From positions 128,001 to 192,000 of the forward strand of contig CAWGPD010000003.1 of the NCBI GenBank assembly GCA_963824385.1: 64,000 nt of DNA. The letters run 5' to 3'. A program made the translations under genes and the position numbers. The notes beneath the pieces are model-generated. The model was not told the origin of the DNA and searched no databases. It saw only the letters and a program-made list of their open reading frames with translations. Each line of letters opens with the position of its first letter. The stretch's first letter is position 1. This DNA is from an uncultured Nitrososphaerota archaeon (GTDB lineage Archaea; Thermoproteota; Nitrososphaeria; Nitrososphaerales; Nitrosopumilaceae). Positions 53,065 to 62,718 of this stretch are shown here, piece by piece.

Positions 53065-53181
53065 ATGCCAGAATTTACTTGTCCAGATTGTGGTAAGAAA
53101 CTATATCACGAAAATGATACCACACTAACTGTAGAAACTCAAGTACACGGAAAATTTTGTCCTGCTAAGAAAAAGCACTAG
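53065..53181 (+). CDS. C2HC zinc-finger microprotein (38 aa), not in ORF track
   Basis: MPEFTCPDCGKK...VHGKFCPAKKKH; TATAAG 27 nt upstream. Confidence 0.7.
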   Translation: MPEFTCPDCGKKLYHENDTTLTVETQVHGKFCPAKKKH

Positions 53182-53810
53182 CACTTGGTAACAGAATAAA
53201 TTCTGTCTTGGAAACTTGCAGTCTTAAAATCAATCTTGTTTTGTGGATCTTTCTTGCGAGCTGTACTTAGTTTTTCCAAAGTAACTAGTGCCTCTCCGTC
53301 AAATCCCACTGAAGAACCAAAAACTCCCTCGGCAAGCTGATTTCCAAGCTCACCTTTTTTAATATCATCAACCATTTCATAAAACTTGATTGCTTCTCTT
53401 TTTGTTGCTGCACCGCCAGATGACTTGTTCAGGCCAACTGCGATATACATTCCATTATTTTTAACTGCGATAGGAACCTTGTAGACTTTGCCAGAACTAC
53501 CAAGGATTTTTTCATTCAATAAAATTTCACATTTATGGAACATGCTTGATATGTATGCAAAAAATCGATAGTCTGCATATGAACCAGAAGCATTTTCATG
53601 ACAATCAACAAAAACCTTGTGCAAAAGTTCAAGAGCAGAATCATTCATGCTCTGCAAACGTTCTTCAATTCTTCCTTTTCTAACCAGATCAGATTTACAA
53701 TCAGCGGCAATTTTTTCTAAAATGAAAGGAGGCAGATTGTAATTTTTTAAAGTGGAGACAAAAGTTCCAGTCTTAGAAGCTCCAAATGTCGGAAAGTTTC
53801 CTCTACTCAA
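53178..53810 (-). CDS. conserved hypothetical protein
   Basis: long clean ORF; degenerate restriction-endonuclease-like ILGSSGKVYKV segment. Confidence 0.7.
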   Translation of the reverse strand: MSRGNFPTFGASKTGTFVSTLKNYNLPPFILEKIAADCKSDLVRKGRIEERLQSMNDSALELLHKVFVDCHENASGSYADYRFFAYISSMFHKCEILLNEKILGSSGKVYKVPIAVKNNGMYIAVGLNKSSGGAATKREAIKFYEMVDDIKKGELGNQLAEGVFGSSVGFDGEALVTLEKLSTARKKDPQNKIDFKTASFQDRIYSVTKC

Positions 53811-53917
53811 AACAGCACAACCCCTACATTTGATATTTTAAAATTCATTCCCAACTTCCCCAGCGATAATAGTAGGAGGCTTTTTCCTTATAACTGTTAG
53901 GTAGAGGAGAGATCAGA

Positions 53918-54075
53918 TGGTGGGGCCGACCGGAATTGAACCGGCGACACACGGGTCACTACAGCTCCAAACTGTACATCATCCTAACGTCAGTGAAGCT
54001 TGTGAAACCACTGGAGCCCTTAGCGGTGATCAATGTGATCTAAACTGTCGCCATACCAGGCTAGGCTACGACCCC
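53918..54075 (-). tRNA. trnW: tRNA-Trp(CCA) with introns at 28/29 (54020..54046) and 37/38 (53957..54010); CCA encoded
   Basis: acceptor GGGGTCG/CGGCCCC, T-arm GCCGG-TTCAATT-CCGGT, spliced anticodon arm ACGGG-CTCCAGA-CCCGT, BHB motifs. Confidence 0.92.
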
Positions 54076-54214
54076 ACATAATGAACATAAATGCACTTGA
54101 ATTTTAATTTACGCAAGTTTTCTGAAGATTTATTGATGGTATTGTGTTACTTTAAGCGTTGAAGTACACAAAACCAAGGAGCGGAAAAATTTAGTCCGTC
54201 CAATTATCATAATA

Positions 54215-54724
54215 TTGGGAGCAATTCCAGTCTTGGCAGCACTTTTCATTGTAGTTCCAACACTTCTCAGACCTGAAATTACAAATGTTGCAGTAAATGC
54301 AGATGATGTTATCTCTATACAATACACCAAGGAGCATCTCAAAAAAATTTCATTTGGTCTTACACAGAGCATTGGAGCTGAAACGGCCGAAGTTCTGACA
54401 ATATCTAATGATGGTCAGACAATTTACAGTTTAACAAAAAATGGCTATTCTGCGCCTGATGTAAAATATCAATTGCAAAAAGAAGAGGTTACACGTCTGA
54501 CTGCGCTTGTAAAAGAGACAGGATTTATGGAAATTCCACAAACACCAATTCCAGTAAAAAGTAATCTGGATGAATATGACAAGTATGGACTAGAAGTGAC
54601 ACTTGACGGTAAAACAGTCAATATATCATGGCCTGACCAAAATGCCACTGATCAATTCATTCCTCCACTAATTAGCCAAGTTCAAGACAGCCTAGATGGC
54701 GTAATTACAGAAATAACAAAATAA
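54215..54724 (+). CDS. membrane-anchored hypothetical protein (true start likely upstream)
   Basis: N-terminal TM then soluble domain. Confidence 0.7.
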   Translation: MGAIPVLAALFIVVPTLLRPEITNVAVNADDVISIQYTKEHLKKISFGLTQSIGAETAEVLTISNDGQTIYSLTKNGYSAPDVKYQLQKEEVTRLTALVKETGFMEIPQTPIPVKSNLDEYDKYGLEVTLDGKTVNISWPDQNATDQFIPPLISQVQDSLDGVITEITK

Positions 54725-54749
54725 ATAGCCTAATGGCGATCAAAAATTT

Positions 54750-55718
54750 ATGATTCCTCTTTCTGGCGATCTGGGTAATGCTAAAGGTGTAGTTAGAGAA
54801 AATGTTGGCTCGTTTGGAACTATGCGAGGAACTTCAACTCTAAAACGCGGTTTTGCTCACATGCTAAAAAATGGAGTTGTGATGGATGTTACAACTGTAG
54901 AACAAGCTCAGATTGCAGAAGAAGCAGGTGCAGTTGCAGTAATGGTTTTAGATAAACTTCCATCAGATGTTAGAAAAGCTGGGGGTGTTGCAAGGACTGC
55001 AAGCATTAGAATTATTCAAGAAATTATGGACTCGGTAACAATTCCTGTCATGGCAAAATGCAGAATAGGTCATGTGTATGAGGCAATGGTTTTGCAAGAA
55101 ACAAATGTTGACATGATTGATGAATCTGAAGTTCTAACGCCCGCTGATGAGAATCATCACATATGGAAATGGGATTTTACTACTCCGTTTGTAAATGGTG
55201 CAAGAAATCTTGGTGAGGCATTAAGAAGAATTGAAGAAGGTGCAGCAATGATTAGAACAAAAGGAGAGCCTGGTACTGGTAATGTTGCAGAAGCTGTAAT
55301 TCATATTAAAAATGTCAACACAGAACTTCGAAGAATAAAATCAATTTATGATGCAGGAGATGAGCAAGACTTGATAAGTGTTGCAAGAGAACTCAAAGTT
55401 TCTTATTCCCTTGTAGAAGAGACTGCAAGTTTGGGCAGATTGCCTGTTGTAAATTTCGCAGCTGGTGGAATTTCAACACCAGCAGATGCAGCATATTTGA
55501 TGACACTTGGATGTGATGGAGTCTTTGTCGGTTCTGGTATATTCAAGGCAGATGATGCAAAGGAGAGAGCTCAAGCTATTGTACTTGCAACAACGTTCTG
55601 GGAAGATCCAGACAAAGTAAAAGAAGCACAAAAAATGATTGATGAAAGACAATCAATGTTGGGACTTGATACAAAGAATCTTGATCTTAGAATGCAAGAA
55701 CGTGGTAGTACAGCATGA
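54750..55718 (+). CDS. pdxS: PLP synthase subunit PdxS
   Basis: [36 protein letters not shown]. Confidence 0.97.
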   Translation: MIPLSGDLGNAKGVVRENVGSFGTMRGTSTLKRGFAHMLKNGVVMDVTTVEQAQIAEEAGAVAVMVLDKLPSDVRKAGGVARTASIRIIQEIMDSVTIPVMAKCRIGHVYEAMVLQETNVDMIDESEVLTPADENHHIWKWDFTTPFVNGARNLGEALRRIEEGAAMIRTKGEPGTGNVAEAVIHIKNVNTELRRIKSIYDAGDEQDLISVARELKVSYSLVEETASLGRLPVVNFAAGGISTPADAAYLMTLGCDGVFVGSGIFKADDAKERAQAIVLATTFWEDPDKVKEAQKMIDERQSMLGLDTKNLDLRMQERGSTA

Positions 55719-56332
55719 GCGGCATTAGCATAGGTGTATTAGCAGTTCAAGGAGATGTCGCAGAAAATATCATGGCAGCAAAGATGGCACTAGAAGAACT
55801 TGGCCTTGAGGGAATAGTAAGCGAGGTCAAGACTCCAGAGCAGATCTCAGATCTTGATGGATTGATTATTCCAGGCGGAGAAAGCACAGTAATTGGCACT
55901 TTATCAATGGTAAATGGTTCACTAAAAAAAATTAAGGAAAAAATTGCAGGCGGAATGCCTGTCTTTGGAATATGTGCAGGGATGATCATGCTATCAAAAA
56001 AGGCAAAGGACAGAGTACTTGGAGAGATGGACCAGCCACTGTTGGACTTTCTTGATGTAAAAATAGAGAGAAATGCATTTGGAAGACAAAAGGACTCGTT
56101 TGAATCTGTTATATCACTTGACAAAATTGGCATCTCAAAATTTCCAGGAGTATTCATCAGAGCACCATACATTATAGAAACAGGAAAAGATGTCGAAGTC
56201 TTGTCAAAGTTTAATGAAAAGATAACTGCTGTAAAGCAGGGAAATATAATGGGTACTTCATTTCATCCTGAATTGACAGGAGACCTATCACTGCACAAAT
56301 ACTTTGTAAACCTCATCAAGGCAAAGCATTAG
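55715..56332 (+). CDS. pdxT: PLP synthase glutaminase PdxT
   Basis: GVLAVQG, PGGEST, GICAG, FHPE. Confidence 0.97.
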   Translation: MSGISIGVLAVQGDVAENIMAAKMALEELGLEGIVSEVKTPEQISDLDGLIIPGGESTVIGTLSMVNGSLKKIKEKIAGGMPVFGICAGMIMLSKKAKDRVLGEMDQPLLDFLDVKIERNAFGRQKDSFESVISLDKIGISKFPGVFIRAPYIIETGKDVEVLSKFNEKITAVKQGNIMGTSFHPELTGDLSLHKYFVNLIKAKH

Positions 56333-56400
56333 AACCTATAGATTCAATTACAGGAAATACCTTTTATATCAAATTCAGTTCATGTTATATTGTAACATTA

Positions 56401-58683
56401 ATGCAAATAGAAACAACTCCTGATCTAGTTTCAAAGGTTTACACCAAGATTGAAGAAAACATTATAAAATATAGAAAACTTGTCAACAGACCGCTTACTC
56501 TAACTGAAAAAATCCTTGTTGGTCATCTTGATAATATACAAACCGCAAAAGACCTAGAGCCTGGTAAGAGCTATTCATTTTTCAGACCTGACAGAGTTGC
56601 ATTACAAGATGTAACAGGACAGATGGTTATCTTACAATTCATGCAGTCTGGTCTCAAACGTAGTTCACTCCCAACAACTGTACACTGTGATCATCTCATA
56701 CGAGCAAAAGTTAGCGGTGATGTAGATATCAAAGTTGCACTAGATGAGAACAGCGAAGTCTACAAGTTTCTTGAATCATCTTGTAGAAAATATGGAATCG
56801 GATTTTGGAAGCCAGGTGCAGGAATTATTCATCAGGTTGTATTAGAAAATTATGCTTTTCCAGGTGGATTGATGATTGGAACTGACTCTCATACGCCAAA
56901 CGCAGGGGGCCTTGGCATGCTTGCTGTTGGTGTAGGTGGACTAGATGCAACCGAAGTCATGGCAGGATTTCCATGGGAGCTTCTATATCCAAAAAGAATT
57001 GGCATTCATCTAAAAGGAGAACTAAATGGATGGGTTGCACCAAAAGATGTTATACTGTATGTAGCAATGAAGCTTACAGTATCTGGCGGAACAAATGCCA
57101 TAGTAGAATATTTTGGATCTGGAACAAAATCAATTAGCTGTACTGGAAAAGCAACAATAACCAATATGGGTGCAGAGATTGGCGCAACATGTTCTGTATT
57201 TCCATATGATGATAAGATGGAAGTTTATCTAAAATCAACTAATCGAGGAGAGATTGCAGAACTTGCAAACAAGCATAGAGAAATTCTTGTTGCAGATCCT
57301 GAAATTGAACAAAATCCAGAAAAATATTTTGATAAAGTAATAGAAATTGATCTATCTACATTAGAGCCATACATTGCAGGTCCTCATACTCCAGACCTTG
57401 CAAGACCAATATCACAACTTGCTAATGATGTCAAGAAAAATAATTATCTTGATACAGTATCTGTGGCACTAATTGGAAGCTGCACCAACTCTTCTTATGA
57501 AGACATGACAAGAGCTGCATCTGTTGCAGAGCAAGCAAAATCTCATGGAATACATATCAAAATTCCGCTTCTAGTGACTCCAGGTTCAGAACAGATCCGT
57601 GCAACAATTGAACGTGATGGACAGATGAAAACTTTACATGATATTGGAGCAACTGTCCTTGCAAACGCATGCGGCCCATGCATAGGACAATGGAATAGAC
57701 CTGAAATGAAACCAGGCGAGCCAAATACTATAATCACTTCATTTAATCGAAATTTCCCTGGGCGAAATGACGGCAGAAGAGAGACAATGGCCTTTATGGG
57801 CAGTCCTGAACTAATTGTCGCACTAGCACTTGGCGGCAGGTTGTCATTTAATCCGCTTAAAGACACTCTCAAGGGACCTGATGGAAAAGAGTTCAAGCTA
57901 GAGGCTCCAAAAAAGGCACCCGAAGTTCCATCCAAGGGATTTTCAAATATGGGAGACATTTACGTTCCACCTGCTGCAAATCCAGACGAGATTACAGTTG
58001 TGATAAATCCGTCAAGTGGAAGATTACAAAAACTAGAACCATTTTTGAAGTGGGACGGCAAAGATTTTGTTGAATTACCGTTATTACTAAAAGCTAAAGG
58101 CAAGTGTACAACAGATCACATATCTCCAGCAGGTGCATGGCTGTCATTGCGTGGTCATATTGATAAAATAAGTGACAATGTATTTCTTGGTGCCATTAAT
58201 GCATTTACAGGAGATGTTGGTAAAGGAAAGAATGAACTAAATGGAAATACAGAATCCTTTCCAGTTGTAGCAAGACAGTACAAAGACAAGGGACTCAAAT
58301 GGATTGTTGTAGGTGACAACAATTATGGTGAAGGCAGCAGCAGGGAACATGCTGCCATGTCTCCGAGATATCTTGGATGCGGTGCAGTAGTTGTAAGAAG
58401 TTTTGCACGTATTCATGAAACTAATCTAAAAAAACAAGGAGTGCTTGCACTTACTTTCGTAAATCCTGCAGATTATGACAAAGTTCAGGAGACTGATAAA
58501 ATTAGCATCTTGGATCTATCCCATATGCAGCCTGGAAAAAATGTTAAATGTATTTTGTGTCACAAGGATGGAACAAAGGACGAGATTACATTAAAGCACT
58601 CGTACAATGATTTCCAGATAAAATGGTTCAAGGCAGGTTCTGCTCTGAATATTTTACGTGAAAGAGAAGCTCAAGCCCAGTAA
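56401..58683 (+). CDS. acnA: aconitate hydratase (mitochondrial-type AcnA)
   Basis: HCDH, GTDSHT, GSCTN, ACGPCIG, GEGSSREH. Confidence 0.95.
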   Translation: MQIETTPDLVSKVYTKIEENIIKYRKLVNRPLTLTEKILVGHLDNIQTAKDLEPGKSYSFFRPDRVALQDVTGQMVILQFMQSGLKRSSLPTTVHCDHLIRAKVSGDVDIKVALDENSEVYKFLESSCRKYGIGFWKPGAGIIHQVVLENYAFPGGLMIGTDSHTPNAGGLGMLAVGVGGLDATEVMAGFPWELLYPKRIGIHLKGELNGWVAPKDVILYVAMKLTVSGGTNAIVEYFGSGTKSISCTGKATITNMGAEIGATCSVFPYDDKMEVYLKSTNRGEIAELANKHREILVADPEIEQNPEKYFDKVIEIDLSTLEPYIAGPHTPDLARPISQLANDVKKNNYLDTVSVALIGSCTNSSYEDMTRAASVAEQAKSHGIHIKIPLLVTPGSEQIRATIERDGQMKTLHDIGATVLANACGPCIGQWNRPEMKPGEPNTIITSFNRNFPGRNDGRRETMAFMGSPELIVALALGGRLSFNPLKDTLKGPDGKEFKLEAPKKAPEVPSKGFSNMGDIYVPPAANPDEITVVINPSSGRLQKLEPFLKWDGKDFVELPLLLKAKGKCTTDHISPAGAWLSLRGHIDKISDNVFLGAINAFTGDVGKGKNELNGNTESFPVVARQYKDKGLKWIVVGDNNYGEGSSREHAAMSPRYLGCGAVVVRSFARIHETNLKKQGVLALTFVNPADYDKVQETDKISILDLSHMQPGKNVKCILCHKDGTKDEITLKHSYNDFQIKWFKAGSALNILREREAQAQ

Positions 58684-58728
58684 AAAAGCAAGAACTAATA
58701 GTTTAGGAACCATAATTTTCTATCAGTC

Positions 58729-58962
58729 TTGAGCCATACATTTGATCCAAACGAACTCTACAACAGGGTAGTTCATTATTACATTGACAAAAAAGGATAC
58801 TCAAAAGAGCAGGCAAATGAGATTGCCCGCAAGGTAGTTGAGAGGGAAAAAAGCAGGTATACGTGTAAGAATGTTAGTTGCGGCCATGGCATGTATGACC
58901 ATATACGACACAGCGAGACTTGTCTTGTACTAGACTGTGACTGTAGACAATTTGTCAGCTAA
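58729..58962 (+). CDS. small Cys/His metal-binding protein
   Basis: C...CGH...H....C...C.C..F. Confidence 0.7.
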   Translation: MSHTFDPNELYNRVVHYYIDKKGYSKEQANEIARKVVEREKSRYTCKNVSCGHGMYDHIRHSETCLVLDCDCRQFVS

Positions 58963-59954
58963 GATACTTGCAACAAAATCTTTCCAAACTGGTTATTCTT
59001 TTCCATTTTCTGGTGGGCAACTTTTGCATCTTTTAGTTTGAAAATCTCATCAATTGCAGGTTTTATCTTTTTTAATTTCATAAATTTGTGTAGTGATATC
59101 AATTGTGACTTTGATCCAAGATATATCCCAATTATTTGAGCCTCTTTGCTGTAAAATGCCCTGATATTTACTGTAGCTTCTCCACCTGTCGTAGTACCAC
59201 ATGCAATCATTCTACCTTTTACTTTGAGAACTTCAAGGCTTATTGGCCAAGTCTTTGTACCAACATGATCAATTACTGCATCCACTCCAACTTGGTTTGT
59301 AATCTTTAGAACTTGTAATGTTACATCTTGAGTATTTCTATCAATGACAAAGTCTGCACCAAGTTTTTTTGCAAATTTTATTTTGTTTTTATCTGATGCA
59401 ACTGTTATGACCTTCAATCCTTTGGCTTTAGCAAGTAATACTGCTGCAGAGCCCACTCCGCTGTTTGCCCCCCAGATTAGAATAGTGTCTCTTTTTTTAC
59501 ATCTTGACTTTTCCAACATGTTCCAAGCTGTAAGATAAGAGACATTGATTGCAGCAGCTTCCTTATCAGAGAACCAATCTGGTTTTTTTATTATATTGTT
59601 TTTTGGAACTGAAATTAGTTCAGCATAGCCTCCTCTGTATTTTCCAAACCCGCCTATGATTCCGAAAGATACTCGAGGTATATGGCTGTCAAAAGCGGGA
59701 TAGATAATTACCTTATCACCTTTCTTAAAACCTGAAAATCCTTCAAGCAATGTTCCGCTGATATCACAGCCTAAAATGTGTGGAAATGATACTTTTTTAC
59801 CTATAATCCCGTTTCTTACCCAGATATCCAAGTGGTTTACTGCGCAATAATTTACCTTGACTAGAACATTTTCTCTCTCAGGTACAGGATCTGGGATTTC
59901 TTCATATGACAAGACCTCAGGTCCACCATGTTTTCTAATTATTATTGCCTTCAA
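58959..59954 (-). CDS. MDR-family (quinone oxidoreductase-like) dehydrogenase
   Basis: GGPEVL, VNHLD, ILGCD, GANSGVG, FGKI. Confidence 0.9.
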   Translation of the reverse strand: MKAIIIRKHGGPEVLSYEEIPDPVPERENVLVKVNYCAVNHLDIWVRNGIIGKKVSFPHILGCDISGTLLEGFSGFKKGDKVIIYPAFDSHIPRVSFGIIGGFGKYRGGYAELISVPKNNIIKKPDWFSDKEAAAINVSYLTAWNMLEKSRCKKRDTILIWGANSGVGSAAVLLAKAKGLKVITVASDKNKIKFAKKLGADFVIDRNTQDVTLQVLKITNQVGVDAVIDHVGTKTWPISLEVLKVKGRMIACGTTTGGEATVNIRAFYSKEAQIIGIYLGSKSQLISLHKFMKLKKIKPAIDEIFKLKDAKVAHQKMEKNNQFGKILLQVS

Positions 59955-60104
59955 CTGATATTTTCAAGATGGAATTATTATTTAAAGAAAAAAATTTACC
60001 TGCAAACTATAGTGGAGTTGGGAATTGTACAAAAAATTCAAAACTCTATTTGCATAGAATCAAAATTAGTTATTTTATAAGACGATAGTTGTGTATTGCA
60101 TCTA

Positions 60105-60212
60105 GTGCTGAAAAAACAATATCGTATAGCTATATTTGGCGGATTTATACTAGTTGGCGCGATTCTCATTATTGCATCATATCTGTCTAGAGTACATTTG
60201 ATAAAAATCTAA
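60105..60212 (+). CDS. single-TM microprotein (35 aa), not in ORF track
   Basis: MLKKQYRIAIFGGFILVGAILIIASYLSRVHLIKI; TTTTATAA 32 nt upstream. Confidence 0.5.
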   Translation: MLKKQYRIAIFGGFILVGAILIIASYLSRVHLIKI

Positions 60213-60352
60213 ACTCATCATACAAAGAAAACAAGTGTCTAAAATCGGCAAAACAACAAAGTAATAGAATCAAAAAATTGGCTGTTTTTTTAACGTAGTA
60301 TCATACAGCAGATGTAACGTTCTTATCCTTGTATTTATTATCTGAAACGAAC

Positions 60353-60646
60353 ATGAATTTTTTCTCAAAGAAATTCAAATGCGATAAATGCGAATCAAAG
60401 TTTTCAAAATATGAAGATCTGATAAGTCATGCTAGACATGAACACCATCATGAAATCATAAAGTGTATGGAATGTGGAAAGGAGTTTATCTACGAAGCAG
60501 ATAGGTTACACCACTCAAGAAAGGAACACGAGAAGAAAATGTTTGGCCGTATTCATAAATATGGAGATAAGCATGAAAAAAGTTCACCGTCCACTCCTCA
60601 AGACAATGTGGATAAACACACTGGACACTTTAGCGACAAACTTTGA
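60353..60646 (+). CDS. tandem C2H2 zinc-finger protein
   Basis: CDKC..F....L..H...H; CMEC..F......H...H. Confidence 0.85.
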   Translation: MNFFSKKFKCDKCESKFSKYEDLISHARHEHHHEIIKCMECGKEFIYEADRLHHSRKEHEKKMFGRIHKYGDKHEKSSPSTPQDNVDKHTGHFSDKL

Positions 60647-60800
60647 ACAGATATTAGGTTAAAAATCTAATTTTTTATCTATATTCTTACTAGAAAAAAC
60701 ATCCTAACATGGTATAATTTGATTTGTTGTAGACTATAATCTAAATATCTTGACAGATGTGAATTAAAAAAATAAAAAAAGAGAGTTTCTTTCGAAACTA

Positions 60801-61301
60801 CTAGGATGTTGCTGGTGGTGCGGTGCTTGTAGATGGTGCTTGTTTATTCCATCCCTGTCCACCATGTTTGAAACCACCCTTCATTCCTCCTTGGTGACCA
60901 CCCATTCCAAATCCATGGAATGTGTGTCCTGGAGAGACATAGAGCACTGCTCCACTTGAAGGATCGACAATTACAGAGTATACCTTGCTATTACCGTCGA
61001 TTACTTTGAAGGCATATACAAGAGAACCTTGCATTGGTTTCAAGTTTCCACTAATCACTTGTCCACCTGTAATTGGTGATGCAGTTGAACCTGCTGCTGC
61101 AGTATTTGCGGCAACAGAGAAACTAACTGTCACTTTTGACATGAGTGTCTGTTCAATATTGATTGAACCAGTGATTGTTGGTTTTGTGTTTGTTGTAGAC
61201 ACTTGTGCAGAAGCTGCGCCCATTCCTGCTGTGGCAAATATTGCCACACCAATTATGATAGCAAGCAACTTTTTGTGCGCTACTAGACTTTGTGTATTCA
61301 T
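60801..61301 (-). CDS. secreted PepSY-domain protein
   Basis: signal peptide; LVYAF...VIVDPSSGAVL. Confidence 0.8.
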   Translation of the reverse strand: MNTQSLVAHKKLLAIIIGVAIFATAGMGAASAQVSTTNTKPTITGSINIEQTLMSKVTVSFSVAANTAAAGSTASPITGGQVISGNLKPMQGSLVYAFKVIDGNSKVYSVIVDPSSGAVLYVSPGHTFHGFGMGGHQGGMKGGFKHGGQGWNKQAPSTSTAPPATS

Positions 61302-61338
61302 GCCGTAGTTACTGGAAAGTCGATATAAAGAATTGTGA

Positions 61339-61360
61339 CACATTGTTCAGTAACAATGTT
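61339..61360 (-). promoter_or_regulatory. 22-bp palindromic operator upstream of TATA
   Basis: minus strand AACATTGTT-ACTG-AACAATGTG-TCACAATTC-TTTATA, ATG 28 nt later. Confidence 0.7.
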
Positions 61361-61583
61361 AGTGTGGTCATGAATTCATGAGAGGTGAATGAGACGTGAA
61401 TACACATAAAATAATTTGTTGAGATGTACGGTACAATACCTGTTAAAAATAAAAAACGTATGTATCTAGTTTAAAAAACAAAGGAGTTTGCAAATGTTTT
61501 AAGATTAATTTATGATGACACTCTTATTTCTCCTATTGCTTATCAAACCTTACAGAATCTAAATTAAAAAGAAAAGGAAAGAT

Positions 61584-62030
61584 CTATGGATTTCGTGTAG
61601 GTTTCCAAGATGAAAACCATGACTGGACCATACCCGTATCCATAGTTGTAAATGCCTTCAAGTTGTCATGAAATGTCTTCATGTTCTGCCTTGTTGCATC
61701 TATTGCAGTTATTAGTGCCTTGTTCTGCAGAGAATTGGTTTTTACAAACTCATCTGTTGCATCGTTGATTGATTTTAGATAAGACTGAGGAAGATTTGAT
61801 CCTAGTCCGCTCTTTGCTACCATCTCTTGCTGGAATGCCACTGTGTTATCTATGGTATTCTTGCATCCCAAGATGAACTCCTGCTGGAGTTGAGAAATTG
61901 CGTCCATGCATTGCGTTACATTTTTCTCGACTTCTTCAAAGTAACGATTAAGATTTTGTCTGTATGCTGCATAGACATCTCGTGTATCAGGCTTGCCTGT
62001 CTTCTCACTTAACATCTCTGTTTTACTCAT
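61584..62030 (-). CDS. amphipathic all-helical protein (phasin-like?)
   Basis: helical heptad-like pattern, no catalytic motifs. Confidence 0.65.
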   Translation of the reverse strand: MSKTEMLSEKTGKPDTRDVYAAYRQNLNRYFEEVEKNVTQCMDAISQLQQEFILGCKNTIDNTVAFQQEMVAKSGLGSNLPQSYLKSINDATDEFVKTNSLQNKALITAIDATRQNMKTFHDNLKAFTTMDTGMVQSWFSSWKPTRNP

Positions 62031-62300
62031 GGCATTATTGTACATCGTAATCTCATAAACGTCTTGACAATAGAATCATTAGAACTACATAAGATATGTA
62101 ATGACTAATTTACTATGCATATTTTAGAAAAAAATTCTGGCTTTCTTCTAGTTAAAAAAGGAGTTTGCAAATGTTTGCAAATGATACATATTATTTTAAT
62201 AATTGATTTGGTAATGATTAGTAGTTCTGTAGAAAAATATCTCCTACCAGAAATATTTTCTACAGTTCTAATTTATAATAATTTTTAGAAAATAAAATTT

Positions 62301-62669
62301 CTACTTGGCACTCTTGTCCATCTGGATCATCCCAAAGATGTTTCCTTCCGTATCCATACATGTTGCAAAATATCCCACTCCTAGAATTGGCATCTTTGGC
62401 AAGAGTACCTGACCGCCTTTTGACGCAATTTTGCTTGTATATTCATCAAGAGATGGTACCTCTATGGTATTTGTTATGCTAATCTGTCCTGGCAATCTTC
62501 TTGCAAGGCCACCGTTAATTCCAGGCTCGTTATTCTCTCCAGTCTTTACCATCCAGTATTCCATAGGGCCATCCCACTTGTCAAACTTCCATCCAAATAC
62601 TTCAGAATAGAACTTTTGTGCCCGTTCTGGGTCGTCTGAGGGAATATCAAAATGTGTAATTCGCGGCAT
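62301..62669 (-). CDS. VOC/glyoxalase family protein
   Basis: HFDI..DD.ERA.FY..VFGW...DTEGN. Confidence 0.92.
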   Translation of the reverse strand: MPRITHFDIPSDDPERAQKFYSEVFGWKFDKWDGPMEYWMVKTGENNEPGINGGLARRLPGQISITNTIEVPSLDEYTSKIASKGGQVLLPKMPILGVGYFATCMDTEGNIFGMIQMDKSAK

Positions 62670-62718
62670 TGTACAGTAATAATTTTAATGTTATATAAAT
62701 CTCAAAAGTTAAACTAGA

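Noticed and set aside
53810..54130. Integrated element at tRNA-Trp
   Set aside because: No integrase and no duplicated tRNA 3' end (att site) in the window.
55747..57959. Antisense ORFs inside pdxT and aconitase (and similar shadows at 15964, 16934, 23841, 32739, 40809, 63170)
   Set aside because: Opposite-strand shadows of well-supported genes with no motifs.
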